Source of the DNA: Camelus dromedarius
Lineage: Eukaryota
Reading direction: 5' to 3'
Assembly: GCF_036321535.1 (NCBI RefSeq)
Contig: NC_087436.1
Coordinates: forward strand, 77,502,001-77,566,000
DNA length: 64,000 nt
Below the pieces are notes generated by a model, which was not told the DNA's origin, ran no database searches, and was given only the letters and a program-made list of their open reading frames with translations. This document shows, piece by piece, positions 12,405 through 26,375 of the stretch (position 1 is the first letter of the stretch; every line of letters begins with the position of its first letter). The translations under genes were made by a program, and so were the position numbers.

Positions 12405-14900
12405 AATCAGTTTATTTTGAGATATAATCTACAGACAATAAGACTTCCTAATTTTAAAGTGTACAATTTGTGAGTTTCAGAAAGTGTATGCAGCCATGCA
12501 AATACCACCACAGTCAAGCTACAGAATGTTTTCATTACTCCCTAAAACATAACTTTTGCTTTTGTAGTCTATCTCCAACCCCCACTCTGGCCCCAGTGAT
12601 CTGCTTTTTTGATACCATAGTATGTATTTTTCTTGAATTCCATACAAATGGAGTTAAACAGCATGTAGTCTTTGGAGTATGGCTTCTTTCCTTAGATTAA
12701 TGCTTTTGAGATTCATCCATGCTGTTGCATGCATGAATAGTGTATTCCTTTCTATTGCTGAGTAGTGTTCCATTATATAGATCTGCTCCAATCTGTTTAT
12801 TCATTATTCATTGGACATTTGAGTTCTTCCAAAATGGCTGTGAACATAAACAAGTCTTTCTGTGGACATCTGTTCACTTTTCTGGGGTAAATACCTATCA
12901 GTAGAATTGTTGGATAGAATAAGCTCATGTTTAACATTTTAAGATACTGCCAAACTTTTTTCCAAATATGCCATAACATTTTTCACTTTCTCCAACATTG
13001 TATGAGTTTATTTTGCTCCACAACTTTGCCAACATTGGTATTGTAAGCCTTCTTAATTTCCCCTACTCTAGTGTGTGTGTGTGGTGTCAGACTAATGACA
13101 TTTGGGACCAAGTAATTTTTTCTTCTGTTTATTGTAGGATGTTGAGAAACATGCCTGTCCTCTACCCACTATATGCCAGTAGCAAGCCTCCAGTTATAAC
13201 AACCAAAGCTGTCTCCAAACATTGCCAAATGTCCCCCTGGAGGCAAATGCCCACCTCCCTATTGAGAACTGCTATTGTAATGGTGTATCATTGTGGATTT
13301 AATCTGCCTTCCTCCAATAATGAAGACAGTGAGCATCTCTTCATGAGCAGATATATAGGGTTCTTCAGGTTATCTATTTGCTCAACTGAGCTTTGATAGT
13401 TTGTGTCTTTTAAGGAACTTGTCAGTCTCGTCCAAGTTGTCAAATTTATTTAGAATAAAGTTATTCACAGTAGTCCTTTGTTATCCTTTTTACTGTCTGT
13501 AGGATATGTCTTCTCTTTTTTTTTGATCAAACCAAAGAGGTTTAATGGGAGGCTTATCAGTTTTATTGATCTTTTCATGGAACAAGCTTTTTATTTCACA
13601 GATTTTTCTCTGTCATTTTTCTGTCTTCAATTTTATTGATTTATACTTTTATCTTTATGATTTCCTTTTTTCTTAGATGATTGATTTGAGATTTTTTCTT
13701 TTCTAATATAAGCATTTATTATTTCTCTGAACACTGCTTTAGCTTCATCCTACAAAATTTTATATATTTTTTTCACTTTTATTCATTTAAAGTATTTTCT
13801 GAATGCTCTTGTGATTTTCATTTTGATCTATGGGTTATTTTTAAATGTTTGGAAGTTTCTCTCAATTATCTTTGTGTCTTTATTTCATCTTCATTTTTGA
13901 AAGATATTTTTACTGTGTGTAGAATTCTAGGTTGGCAGATCTTTTTTTTTTCCCTTTAAGTACTTTAAGGATGTCACTTCACTTTCTCTAGCTAACATAA
14001 TTTCTGATGAGATATTGTCTATCATCCTTATCCTTTTTTAATCTGTGCAAAATGTATATTTTCCTCTAGTTTTTAAGATTTTTCCTTTTATTATTGATTT
14101 GCCATAATTTTGTATGTTTTCCATATTTTTTCCTGGATTGCTGCCTTGGTAAATTTTTGTAATGTTCATTTACTTGAATTTCATTGAGCTTCTTACAGCT
14201 ACAGGCTTACAGTGTTCACTAAATTAGGAACCTTTTAGGCCTCTATTTTTTTTAAGTATTTTTTTCTGAACTCCATCTTGACTATTCCAACTGGATCGCC
14301 TCTTTCTCTCCTACCCTCCTGTGAGGACTCTAGTTACACATACAATAGCTCACTGAGCTTCTGAATTTTTTTTTTTTTTTTTTTTTTTTGGATAGCTTCT
14401 ATTGCCATGTCTTCAAATTCACTGATAACTGTTTTTCCTTTCTGCAATGTCTAATCTGCTATTAATTTCATCAAATGTATTTTTTACTTCCATTTTTAAG
14501 AGTATTAAAAGACATATACTAGCTGTTTTATTTTTGTCTACTAGTCCTATCATCCTTGCCACTTCCGAGTCTATTACTATTAACTGATAGTTTCTTGTGG
14601 CAATGGATCATATGTTCCTACTTATTTATATCTAGTATACAAACTGGACACTGGGCATTGTGGATTTTACATTGTTCAATGTTGGTTATTTCTGTATTCC
14701 TTTAAAGAATGTAGCACTTTGTCTTGAAATGTAATTAAGTCATATGAAATCAGTAAGGTCCTTCTGCATTTGTTTTCAAGCTATATTGTGGCAGATTCAG
14801 AGCAGAGACTCTGCCCAATAACCCAGATACTGTGCGATCTACAATCTGGCTGAAGGAAACGTGAACTACTTTCAACCCTTGTGTGAGTTCTGGGAACTGT
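12405..14900 (-). mobile_element. Old, degraded L1M fragments
   Basis: Old L1 3'-type sequence (attttaaagtgtacaatt, gagattcatccatgctgttgca, ttgctgagtagtgttccatt) followed by T-rich antisense L1 body sequence. Confidence 0.7.
13085..13272 (-). mobile_element. MER20 (hAT-Charlie) nested in the old L1
   Basis: cctctacccactatatgccagtagc...aacattgccaaatgtccccctgg...ttgagaactgct matches the reverse of the remembered MER20 consensus. Confidence 0.85.
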
Positions 14901-15270
14901 TCCTTTGATACTTTAATATATTCCTTATTTTTTCAATTCAGCCAGAGCAGGTTCCAGAAAATTGTAACTGAAGGGGGAATAAGGTTGCTAGGATTCTATA
15001 ATTAGGAGAAAATAAGTTATAAAAGACATTGAAAGTCTAGCTGAGCAGCTAAGTTACAACTTAATTCAAGAGTCAAGATGGAACTATTATTGATTTTTAA
15101 AAAGGTAACTGATAAAATACAGGGAATGAATGCTGGGATGAAGTAACGTGTTTCATATATTGAAGAAAGAAAGTCTGGAGGGAGAACAGCTATGAAGTTG
15201 ATCAAGTAATCCAGTGTTTTCCATTAGTGATGAGCAGTAGGAAGAGAGAAAATGGTTAATATGAGCAACA

Positions 15271-15320
15271 TTTGGAAGGAAGAAATTGTTTGGAAGGAAG
15301 AAATTGTCTGAAAGGAAAGG
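15271..15320. repeat. 18-bp tandem duplication (tttggaaggaagaaattg x2 plus a degenerate third copy) in an L2-like remnant
   Basis: Copies at 15271-15288 and 15289-15306 are identical. Confidence 0.85.
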
Positions 15321-18300
15321 CCTGGTGACAAACTGGATATAATGATATTAGGAATGGAAAGGGAAAAGTCCAAGTTGACTCCAAGATTTCTAGCCAGTGT
15401 GATACTAAAAGAAATGGGCAAGGAAAATAGTTTCAAGGGGAGATGATGAGAAGTTTTGGACTTGTGTTTTATGATGAAGGGGGCACACCCAAGTAACCAT
15501 GTCCTGGAGACTGTTGGAAGACAACATACTATTTTACAGATAATAGATCTGGGCAGGAGACCTGAGTCTGGACAGAAGAAATGACATGGTCAATTCGGAT
15601 GAGTTTAGTCCTTTCTCAAATGTATTACTTTTCAAAATTCTACTCTCATGTCAATCTTTGGTAAAAGAAAAACTAATAGTAATATTTTCTCTGTTTTAGA
15701 TTTTGAATGCCTTTTGGTTTCTAGATTTGAAAAGGAATTAGAAATATCATAATAATGCAAGGAAAGCTATTCTTCTGTGTAATTACTTACACTAGTATTG
15801 GAAGCCTCACATAAAATGTTGTGTTTGAGGGAACTCCAGCCCATATTCTTTACCAGTATTTTGGCTAACCTTCAGATAAGCAAGCCTCCAAATAGCTTAA
15901 TAGTCACTGCCAGCAGTTGCCAGGCTAATGCTTTCATTTCCTTTCTATGGCACTTTTCCCAAGGAAATGGAGCCTTTGTGCTTTGAGGAAGGATTTCACA
16001 CAGCATAAATAGGCTCTAAAAACACAATAAATGATTATTTTGCTCATTTCATGATACAGACAACTTCCAGAATACACCACACAATTTTCTGTTCCACAGT
16101 TTCCAAGGGTAGCAATCCATTCACCACAGCTACTCTAAATTAATCATTAGACAAAGGCATAAATTGTAGCATTCCAGGGGACTCTAGAAATCACCAGCTC
16201 CAGATGCTTTACTGTGTAGATGTAGAAATTTTCAGGAAGAAATGGTGTACTTTCCTGTCCAGTGTAATGGCACAGTTAAAACTGGAATTAAATGTGATGT
16301 CTGCTCAGTGCTACATGCTGTACCATTAGCTGTGCTCCTTGCAAGTATTTTTTAAAAGCCTCTTAAGATAGGGAGGTGCCAATCAAGCATGATTTATCTG
16401 ATTTATTCACCTTAAATGTCAGTGTATTTTGTCATCCTGGTTTTCTATGGCACGCATAAAGCAGCTGGGTAACACAAAGTAATCTCCAGTTGGCCTACGA
16501 TGATTCAGTTGATTTTGCAACACATCTATAACAAACATTTTGCCTATATCTCTTCTGTTCCTACATGCCTGGACTCTAATTATGAGATAAATTTCTAGTT
16601 TCCATGGCTGTGAATAACAAAGTAAATTTTCTTCCTACTACTGGTCTTCCTACCATTTTAAAAATGGTAGAAGCTAACAAATGATAAAATCTGATTTATG
16701 ACTAATCATATCTAGCTTCTCCTTGTAGACCCCAATTTAAAAATGATTTATTTCCAGAAGTTTGCAAACTGGCTATTAGAAACATTTACTGTATTTTCCC
16801 AAGAATGTTATATATGAAAGTCAGGTAGATTCAATGATACTATTACTTCTATAGTGTACGTGTGTTTGTGCATGTCTGTAAACTTTTCATGGCAAACTGA
16901 TAACTATCTTTCATCTATAGTAGTAGTTTTATGTAAGAAAACATTTTAGAAATTCTAATATTTATACCTAATGTCTAATATAATAACATTTTTAATATAA
17001 TATCTAATATAATCCAATAATACATAATATCCAATAACAAAATTTCCCCCACCCGACAGGTAAAAGGGAAGCTTTCCTACGCTACCCAGGCACAAGCTTC
17101 ACAATCACAGCTCCAAGAGTGAAAGAGAGGTGGAGAGGGAGGGCAAAGTGGCTGATGGAATCTCACAGCAGTGTTGGGGTTGCTTCAGTAGCAACTGCTA
17201 AAAAATTGGGTCAAGCTCCCGGTTCAGGGAAATGGTTTCTGAGGATGTAAGTTCCATTTATAGCATTCGCCTGTAAGGAAGCCAAGTGGAAGTAAAAGAT
17301 CTGTAGACTGTGGTGGTGGCTTAGGTGTCCAGGGGCAGCAGGAGCCCCTCTGTTAATCAGGAGGGTAAAGGAAGAGCCCATACATAGCGGCGTGTGTAGC
17401 TGTTGGTTGTGAGTCATATGGGGCTGCCTGTAGTTTCCACAACTGGGCGCTGAACCCAAACCCCTGAGGACCTGCATTTATTTTCTTCTCACTATTTCAG
17501 TAAATGCACGTTTAGTTCTAAATGTTAGTTCCTAAAGCATGCTATAAGTTGGGCAAATTACAAAACAGAATATTCCTAGTTAGAATGGTTTCCAGATTCC
17601 AGAATTCAGGTTTATAATCCAATGGATTATATCAGTATTTAGCCTCCATATGTTTTAATAACCATGTTGAATTACCATGCAACTCTCTAATTCAACTTAT
17701 TGGACAAATGTGGTACATGAAGTTCAAGAATTTAGCCTCTGGTCACAATCATGTCTGACAGAAATGCAATCATCTGCAGTTCTCAGCACATTATAATTCA
17801 AGTGGGTAGAACTTTCAATTATAGTTTCAGGCTATTGCAATGTTTTCCATTTTCAACTATTAGTAAGAGATCCTCAGGTGAAGTTGAACTATCCATTACT
17901 TAAACTGAAGCAGTTCTCTCATTTTCCAAGCTCTGTGAGAAGCTGTTTTCCCCGCTGAGTCAAATTCATGACTCACAAATTCAGTTATGTCGGGATCATT
18001 TCACTACTGGGTGGGCATCATTTTCTGTTGTTTCAGTCTGGATTTATCTGATTGATGTAGAATCAGGACATCAAGTTCATTCAAAGAAAATTTATTATGT
18101 GTCTGTTCATTCCAGGCCAAAGATCACCATCCAGATAAGATCAAAGGGAGCTGTCATTTTCTTACATGAACCTAACTCCCTCAGGTGTCAAAAATAGGAT
18201 GCCTACCACAGATCATTAGCATAGGCAGGATTTTGACATGCCCCCAGGATACAAGGGCCTGCTGGGATGCCCCATCCAGCTCCACCGTATAGGCTACAAA

Positions 18301-19474
18301 CGTAACTTCCCTCCTAGAGAATTGTCTGACCTTTTTTTTTTTTTTAACTCTTAGTAAAAATTTGGACTTGCAAAACCTCTTCTATGCAAAATACTACTCT
18401 TGCATGATGTGCTTCCCCATTCCCAACCCCACATCAAGATCTTGCACTGAAGTTACTTCTACACTGTTATGCCCCCTTTCAAGTTAATAGAGCAAGACCA
18501 ATAATCCTGGTCAAAATTCCTTCCTGACCAGTAAGCTCCTAAGCAGAATCTGTCAATATCCATCAGACTAATATGGAGCTGGACTACCAGCTCCTCACTC
18601 TGAACTTGACTCATCTATGTTTCTTCTGTTGAATACACACTAGAGATGAAAGTATTTCCTAACTTAACCAAGTTGAGTCAGTGCTAACCAAGGCAGTGGG
18701 GGTGGGTCATATGGAATATGAGCCAGACTGTAGTGTCAGTGCACCTAACCTTCCTGTACCACAGAAGAGGCCAGTATTCATGACTTAAATCTTCACGTGA
18801 TGTCCTTAGGTCTTGAGAGGGTATGCCACGTGGATGCCCTCTTGTACTCTAATTTCCCTTCCTCTGCTTTCTTTTCTCATAATGCATCTTCCTTTTAGCT
18901 CCTTTCTAGGTGGTGTCCCTGAGCCAGCCTGCCCTAGGATATGTAACCTTTCACTGCAAAATAGTGGTGCCTCAACCTCCAGTTTCTTTTTGTTGCTTAC
19001 TGATAATGTCCAAAAGTCCCCTGAATGTCCATGATGTCTTTCTGCAGCAGTAAGTGGGGAGCTCTGGCTCAGTTTCTGATACCTTGGAGGGTATACATGG
19101 GGATCTGAGAAGAGAAGAGTTGAGATGTGGTTAAGGGAGGGATGAGGTCTTCTATTCTGGGCTGTGGCTGATTTTCTAAAAGCAAGTGAAATGAAACCCA
19201 ATTTACTAATAAAATATGATTTTCTTATCAAGAGTCACTCAACCCAATCTTTATAAAAAACACAAATTTCTTCCACTAACCTGACCTTTATTCTGTTCCT
19301 CATGAATCAACAACCATTTGCTTATTTATTTAATTGCACATTTGTCTCCTTCTAGTCTAAACTTTCATGACACTGTTTCTCCCACATTGACAAATCCAAG
19401 CACCAAGCCCAGTTCTCATATTCTTTATCCCTAGGTTTGGAGAAAACAGTTTGGTATATTCTCCCACACATTAT

Positions 19475-20500
19475 TTATTATCTTATTTTCTAAATTTCTA
19501 TTTATGAACCTTCTATCTGTTTGGCATAGTGGTAAGTGATTTTATAGCACATAAATAAGGTACATTTCCTTTCCTCAAGGAACCCATCATCTAATAAAAA
19601 TTTAGACATAGACAGTTATAAAACAATTTGGAAACAGAATTGTATAAATATGCCTAGGGCATATCCAATTATGGAGAAAAATATAGAAAGAATTAATGTG
19701 AGGAAAAGGCAGGGCTTCCTAGAGGAGGTGCTGACAGAACTCATTCTTAAGGAACGCATAGGCGTTTCCAGGCATAGAAGATGCGAAATGGCATTTAGGC
19801 AGAGAGGACAGCATGAACAAGGGTATAAAACTGAAAAACAACATACTATAGGAGAGAAAGTATTAGCAGTTCAGGGTTGCTGCAGCATAAACCTCAAACT
19901 GGAAGCAATAAGACATGAAGGGCCATGCAAACCAAATTAAGAAGCTTAGAATTTATGCTATAGGTGATGGTGAGTCATTGAATGGGATTTGCCTTGGGAA
20001 GCAATGTGGTTAAATCTGAGTATGAGCAACACCCTGGAGGCTGTGTTGAAGATGGATTGAATAGATATAAGACAGGAGGCAAGGAGACAGATAAGCTATG
20101 GTCCTGGATTAGGGCAATGGTGGAGGGAGGCAGGATGACAAGGAGCCCAATTTGAGAAATATTAATGTAGGGAAAGTGGCAGAATTGAGTGGAAACGGGC
20201 TATGCAGAGAGGGGAAAGTCAAGCAAGCACAAGTTCAAATCTAAAACATGAGTGTCTTAATAAACGGAGGTACCAACAAATGTATGGTAGGAAATTCAGG
20301 GTAACAGTTTTTCAGGGGAAAGATCAAGGACTCAGTTCTGGATATGTTGCATTTAAAGTAGCAGTGGAATATCTAGAGCACAGTAGATAGATATATAATT
20401 CTGAATCTCTGAGATGTCCAGGCAGAGAAATGGGTGTGGAATTTTTTTAAATATAAGTATTAGCTAAAACAATGAGAGAAGATGAAATTATCCAGGAAGG
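19475..20500 (-). mobile_element. L2 fragment
   Basis: Purine-rich antisense L2 signatures (gggcttcctagaggaggtg, caggcagagaggacagcatgaacaa, gatgaaattatccaggaag). Confidence 0.7.
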
Positions 20501-22259
20501 TCATTCTTTATACCATTAGCAGTGATAATGCTCTTTTTCTAAGAGTACCATTTTTGTTTACTGTTTTTGAAGAATGACTATTATTATTTTCTGCATATGT
20601 GAATAGCACATATATTTTGAGATACACAGTTGGCAAACATGATTAGCTTTTACTTGAAAATTAAAATATAAAAAGATAAGAAAGCAGGTACAATTCTTTT
20701 TTATGAATTTATGACTAAAAACTTGAGGGATGATTTTAAATATTTTGCTTAAAAATAAAACAAAAACTTACTGTTTATAGATGGATTTCATGTCAATTCT
20801 TAATGTCCCAGGTAAAAATTCAAGAATGCTCTGTTTCTTAAAATCAATCCCAGTTTATACTTCAAGATTTTTCATAGAATCTTACAAAACATATCACATC
20901 CAGACAGATGTTTGGAGCCCCAAAAAATGCATATATTTTATTTATCTATTTGATACACATAATATAATAAAAAGTTTGTTTCCTCTATTTAAAAAGAAAC
21001 ACTTTTGCTCTTTTTGGACTTAAAAATAATGTGTTCTCCTTGTGGATAATACATAAACTATAGAACAGTATATAGCATAAAAGAGAAAATCAAAATCTCT
21101 CCCAACTCAAAATCTTAAAGTGTTAAAAATGTTAAAATGTTTTAAATAGGGAATTTTTTGAATATTTTAAAATTATAAATATAAATACTGTTAGTATACA
21201 TATATATATAACATATGTAACATACATGTATATAAAACATACATAGACACATGCATGTATATTGGGGAGAGACAGAAGGTTAACTATTGGGCAAAGTTGT
21301 GTTCTCCAGGTCAGTGACTGTAGGCCAAACATGTGCCGTGTAATCAGCTACATGCCTGCTACCTGCTAAACAAGGACAAGAGCAACAAAACAGTTACATG
21401 TTTCTTAAAAAAAACCTGGTCCAAGGAGGAAAAATAAATCACCAGCTCAAGGAGGGCTTCCTTCTAGGTTGTTAAGAGCTTTGTCTTCAGGGGACTGCTA
21501 ATACCAGTTTGCCCCCAGTTAGCCAGGGGAGGGATTCCAGATATTCTCAGGAGTACCTGTTTGTGGAGTTGGAATTGAATCCAACTGGGTCTGAAACTGT
21601 GTACCTCTCACCACACCTACCAGTCTCCCTTCCACTACAACCTTTTACTTTTGCCTTTCATCATAGTCTCAGGATATGTACAGAACAGCATGCGTGTTAT
21701 ATATGTTGCTCCAGGGGCAAGTAAGCATTCAAGAACATATTTGCCCATTTTTACTGTGATGTTACTGTAAGGAGGGAGAAGTTCTATCAAAAGTGACAAT
21801 GACTGGCAAGTAGTCAACAGTATGTGTAGATGTGTTCATGAATGTATTTATTTGCTATTTTATTGTATATACGTAACTCTCAATCTTCTTATATCATGAG
21901 CACTATATCTTCTCTCTGAAAACTCTTCATGGGTATCAGTTACAGTAGCTGTCAGTATCACATTTTATGGTGCTGTTCTTTAGTTAACCAATTTGAAACT
22001 ATTGAGCATTATTTCAAAGTTATTTCAGTGTCCCTGAAGGCTCTTGTCTTTCATTAGTTGAAGTCTCTGGACTCCTACAAAATATGGACCTTGTTTGGAT
22101 TCTGAGTTGAGTAAACCACACATAAAAGAGAAATTAATAGAACAGTTGGTGAAATTTGAATGCTGAGTACTTGGTGGTGTTGAAGAATTAATGTAATGTT
22201 AAGGTATGATAAAAACTGTAGTAGTTATATTTTTGAAAGAGGTATCTTTTAGAGATTAA

Positions 22260-22860
22260 AAGAAATCTGTTTCTCTACTCACAAAAGTTCTGACACCTAA
22301 TGTGGGAGGGGGGTTCCCCTCACCAATTTTCCAACACTCAGAACACCAACTGGGTCTCCTCCAGTTTAATGCAAGTCTGACCCTAAATACCCAGAGTTAG
22401 ACTCCACAGGTTTAAGGTCTCAGTTCCATAAGACTGCCCTCACTTCAGATGCCAATTGCAAGTAATCTGTCCCTAGGGTACTCACACTTCTGTCCAAGTT
22501 GGCTGCAAAATCAGGGGTTCCCACCATCCCCTTCCCCCACCAGGTTCGATAATTTTCTAGAACAGCTCAGGGAAATATTTACCTATATTTACCAATTAAT
22601 CATAAAAGATCTTCTAAAAGATACAGACAGCCAGAGGAAGAAGTTTATAAGGTGAGATCTAGAAGGGTCCAGAATGCAGGAGTTTCTATCCTGTGGCGTT
22701 TGGGGTCCACCACCTTCCTGGCACATGAATGTGCTCACCAACCCAAAAGCTCTCCAAACCCCCACTGGTTAGAGTGTTTATAAAAGTGCCATATGTATGC
22801 ATGAATGATCAACTCATTGGCCAGTGGTGATTAACTCCTCAACCAATCCCTCTTCCTTCC
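22260..22860. mobile_element. MER21-type LTR
   Basis: acaccaactgggt...ccacaggtttaaggtctcagttccataagactgccctcacttcagatgcca...ggggttccca match the remembered MER21 consensus. Confidence 0.75.
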
Positions 22861-23091
22861 CTGTTATTTGCCTTTATTTTTGTTTGACTTCTCTTGACAT
22901 AAAAATATTTTAAACTGTTATGGAGTTAAATTGATCCAAGTTTCCCTTTAGGATTTCTTCCATTACTTTTAAGCTTAGGAAGTCTCTTGGTATCTGCCAT
23001 TGTGTCAAACAGGAGTCTACATATCCTCCCTTTCATTTCCTCTGAGGCTTTATAATATTCAATGTGTATTCTCTCTTAATCTTCTCACTCT

Positions 23092-23705
23092 CTTTTTTTT
23101 TTAATTGAAGTATAGTCAGATACAATGTTGTGTCAATTTCTGGGTTTTAGTCATATGTATACATACCTATACCCATTTTCCTATTTTTTTCATTATAGGT
23201 TATTACAAGATATTGAATATAGTTCCCTGTGCTATACAGTATAAACTTATTGCTTGTCTATTTTATATATAGTAGTTAGTATCTTCAAATCTCAAACTCC
23301 CAATTTATTCCCTACCCCTCCTTCCCCACCAATAACCATAAGTTTGTTCTCTATGTCTGTGAGTCTGTTTCTGTTTTGTAAATAAGTTCATTTGTCTTTT
23401 TTTAGATTCCACATGTAAGTGATATCATGTGGTATTTTTCTTTCTCTTTCTGGCTTACTTCACTTCAAATGACAATCTCCAGGTCCATCCATGTTGCTGA
23501 AAATGGTATTATTTTATTCTTTTTTATGACTGAGTAGTATTCCATTGTATAAATATACCACAATGATGGATATTTAGGTTGTTCCCATGTCTTGGATATT
23601 GTAAATAGTGCTGCTGTGAACACTGGGGTGCATGTATCTTTTCAAATTAAAGTTCCCTCTGGATATATGCCCAGGAGTGAGATTGCTGTATCATATAGCA
23701 ACTAT
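23092..23705 (-). mobile_element. 5'-truncated L1 3' end
   Basis: Poly-T then aattgaagtatagtcag, L1 3' UTR and ORF2 end. Possible TSD tcactctct on both sides. Confidence 0.9.
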
Positions 23706-24264
23706 TTCACTCTCTAATGAACAAAATATCGCTAATTTACCTTTTTTATGTTTTGTCATTATGATCAAGTTCAAATACTTGTCAGAGGCATATCTTACCA
23801 GATTCTTAAGGGTGGAGCAATGGATTTTTAAATGCAGTGTGTTTTACTCAACTATTAATGATCTTTGCCATTCAGTTTCTAATAGGATGCCTGATGCTCC
23901 TGTCATATTGACAAGAGAGTTATGCTTTGTAAAAGCAAAAGAGATTACTGAGTGTGTGATGTGACTGAAGGAGAGCCAGGAAACTGCCTTACCTCCCAGT
24001 CAAAAATATATTCTCTTTAAAGTGACAGAGCATACATTCTCACAATCAGAGATGCATGACATTGACAAATGAAAGAAGAGACAGATTATTTTATACTAAT
24101 GTATGAGTATCTCATAATGTCCTGAATCCAAAGCTCTTAGTAGGGCAGGTGAAGACCAGAGGAGGAAGAAGATGGCAGTACGCCCAAGAGGAAAGAAGCT
24201 GATGCTGAAGGTGAGAGTTAAGTCACACCCCTCATGGTGGTCTCATGGTAGCAGAGGGAGAAGA

Positions 24265-25045
24265 TCAACATTTGTTGGAACTAACCAAGTTCCAGGCGCT
24301 GCAAGAAACTCTAGGAATAGTCAGATAAAGCCTTGTTCCTACCCATGTGGGGCTCACAAGCTAACTGAGAAGACAGAATAGTAAGTCAATTGTTACAGGA
24401 CAGAACTTTTGTTTCTGTGAGTATCTATTCAGCCCAGAGACTGGAATATAAATTAGGCTAGCTGAGGGTTGTTGGTTCCCTTGAGAAGTATTGTGTGATA
24501 TGAGATTTGGAGAATGAGTAGAACTTAACTAGATGGAAAAAAGACATGTGGAGAGGGAAGTCCAGGCAAAGAAAACAGCATGTCCACAGTTAGAGAGGCA
24601 CTGGCAGGGCCTGGAATGGCATGTTTAAAGAAATGCACAAGTGCAAAAAGCCTAAGAGAAATATGGGGTCAGGGGTGCATGGAGTGGCCAGAGAAGCAGC
24701 TTCCAGTTTTTGGAGAGTCTATGTGCTAAGCTACAGTGAAAGCCATTGGTGTTAGGAGAGTATTTTCAGCAGGGATGTAATAATCTGATGTGATAATTTT
24801 AAAGATAATTGTGATTTCAAGGGTGATAGATGAGAGGGGATGCAGACAAAAGGGAGAAGACTGATTGTATTAATTCACATAAAAACTGGTGATGCAGCAT
24901 TTGGAGAGAAGCACATGGATGTGAGAAGTTAAGGAGCTAGAATCTATAAGACTTGATAAGACACAGGATGCAGGGTGATGAAGTGGGAAAAGCCTGAGGT
25001 GACCCACATTTCTAGATTGGGTGACTGGGTGGGTGGTGATACCAA
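24265..25045 (-). mobile_element. L2 fragment
   Basis: catttgttggaactaaccaagttccaggcgct...ggggctcacaagcta...gtgactgggtgggtggtgatacca are antisense L2-like motifs. Confidence 0.6.
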
Positions 25046-25859
25046 TGACTCATGTTCATCAAATCATGACTCACGAACATGATAAGACATTGTTTCTTCT
25101 GTTTCACTGTCAAAAAATCGCAAAGGAATTAGAAGGAGAATCATTTACAAAGGAAAAGACTGAGTAGTTGTAGTCTAGTGGAAAGAGTTCTGGCATAAAA
25201 TTTGGGGGGACAAGTATAAGGTAATGGTCTCACTTGTAAATATAAAACATGAAACACTTTATTATTTGAATAAAGAAGGTCTTCAAAGGAGGTATGTCAA
25301 ATGAGGAAGGAGAGCTGGATGAGGAGTTCTGATTCTTTTCACTTAATGTTTTCCCTCCTTGATCCTTACTACCATCAACCACGATGGGCCCCAATGAATA
25401 GCTGCTCCCATTTTAATTCTGTCCCAGAAGAACCAGCACACCTTTCCTCGGTTTAACTCTGTACAGTCGGGAAGACAGAGGCAGACAGGCATTTTTTAAA
25501 GATAGCTTTCCATAGCATGTACAGAAAAAGCTATTCAATTAAAAGTCAAAGGCTATGAAATGTTTGGCTTCTCTTTCTTCCTAAGGTTGTTTTTTCTACT
25601 ATGTGGATTCTCATTGCTTTGATCTTTGTTGCTTCAGTGTTATTTTTGTTATTTCTCCCTGATCACATTCTAATTATAACTTCTATTCCTTGCTTCACCA
25701 CTCTCGAGTACAAAATGAGGTCACATTCCTTTTAATATTCAAAGTAAATTTTGAGCCTTCGGTCCATCCCAGCCTCCCAACTGTGACAATATGTTTATTT
25801 TCTCCTCACGTACTCCTTTAAGGTAACTCCAAAGCCCTTACATTAGCCTTTGCCTAGCC

Positions 25860-26375
25860 TCTTAGCTTTCTAATGCTGAGTAACAAGTTACCACGAGTTT
25901 AGCAGCTTAAAATAACACTCATTTATGATGTCACTGTCTGTAGGTCAGAAGTCCAGCATGGTGTGGCTGGATTTTCAGTTCAGGGTCTCACAAGACTGAG
26001 GTTAAGGTGTGAGCAGAACTGTGTTCCTTTCTGCATGCTTTGGGGAAGAGGACACTCCCAACCCATTTAGATTGTTGGCAGAATTCAGTTCCATGTAGTT
26101 ATAGAACTGAGGTCCCCGTGGCCTTTCTGTCTGAAAGCCAGCAACAATGCCTCAAACCCTTCTCATGCTTTGAATTTCCCTGACTCTTCTGCCTTCCTTT
26201 TGTGTTTTTTAAGGGCTCTTGTGATTACATTGTACCCACCTGGATAATCCAGGATTTTCTCCCTATTTTAAGGTCAGACAATTAGTAAAGTCCTTTTTGC
26301 CAAGCAATATGACACGTTGAGGATGCAATACCAAAGAGTAGTGAGCATAGAAGATATTTTGAATTCTGCCTACCA
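25860..26375 (-). mobile_element. MLT1 (MaLR) solo LTR, MLT1D/E-like
   Basis: taacaagttaccac...gcttaaaataacac...ggataatccaggat...attctgcctacca; the end is the reverse of the MLT1 start tgtggtaggcagaat. Confidence 0.8.

Noticed and set aside
16650..16670. Perfect 10-bp inverted repeat ctaccatttt-a-aaaatggtag
   Set aside because: AT-rich, isolated, and plausible by chance in 64 kb.
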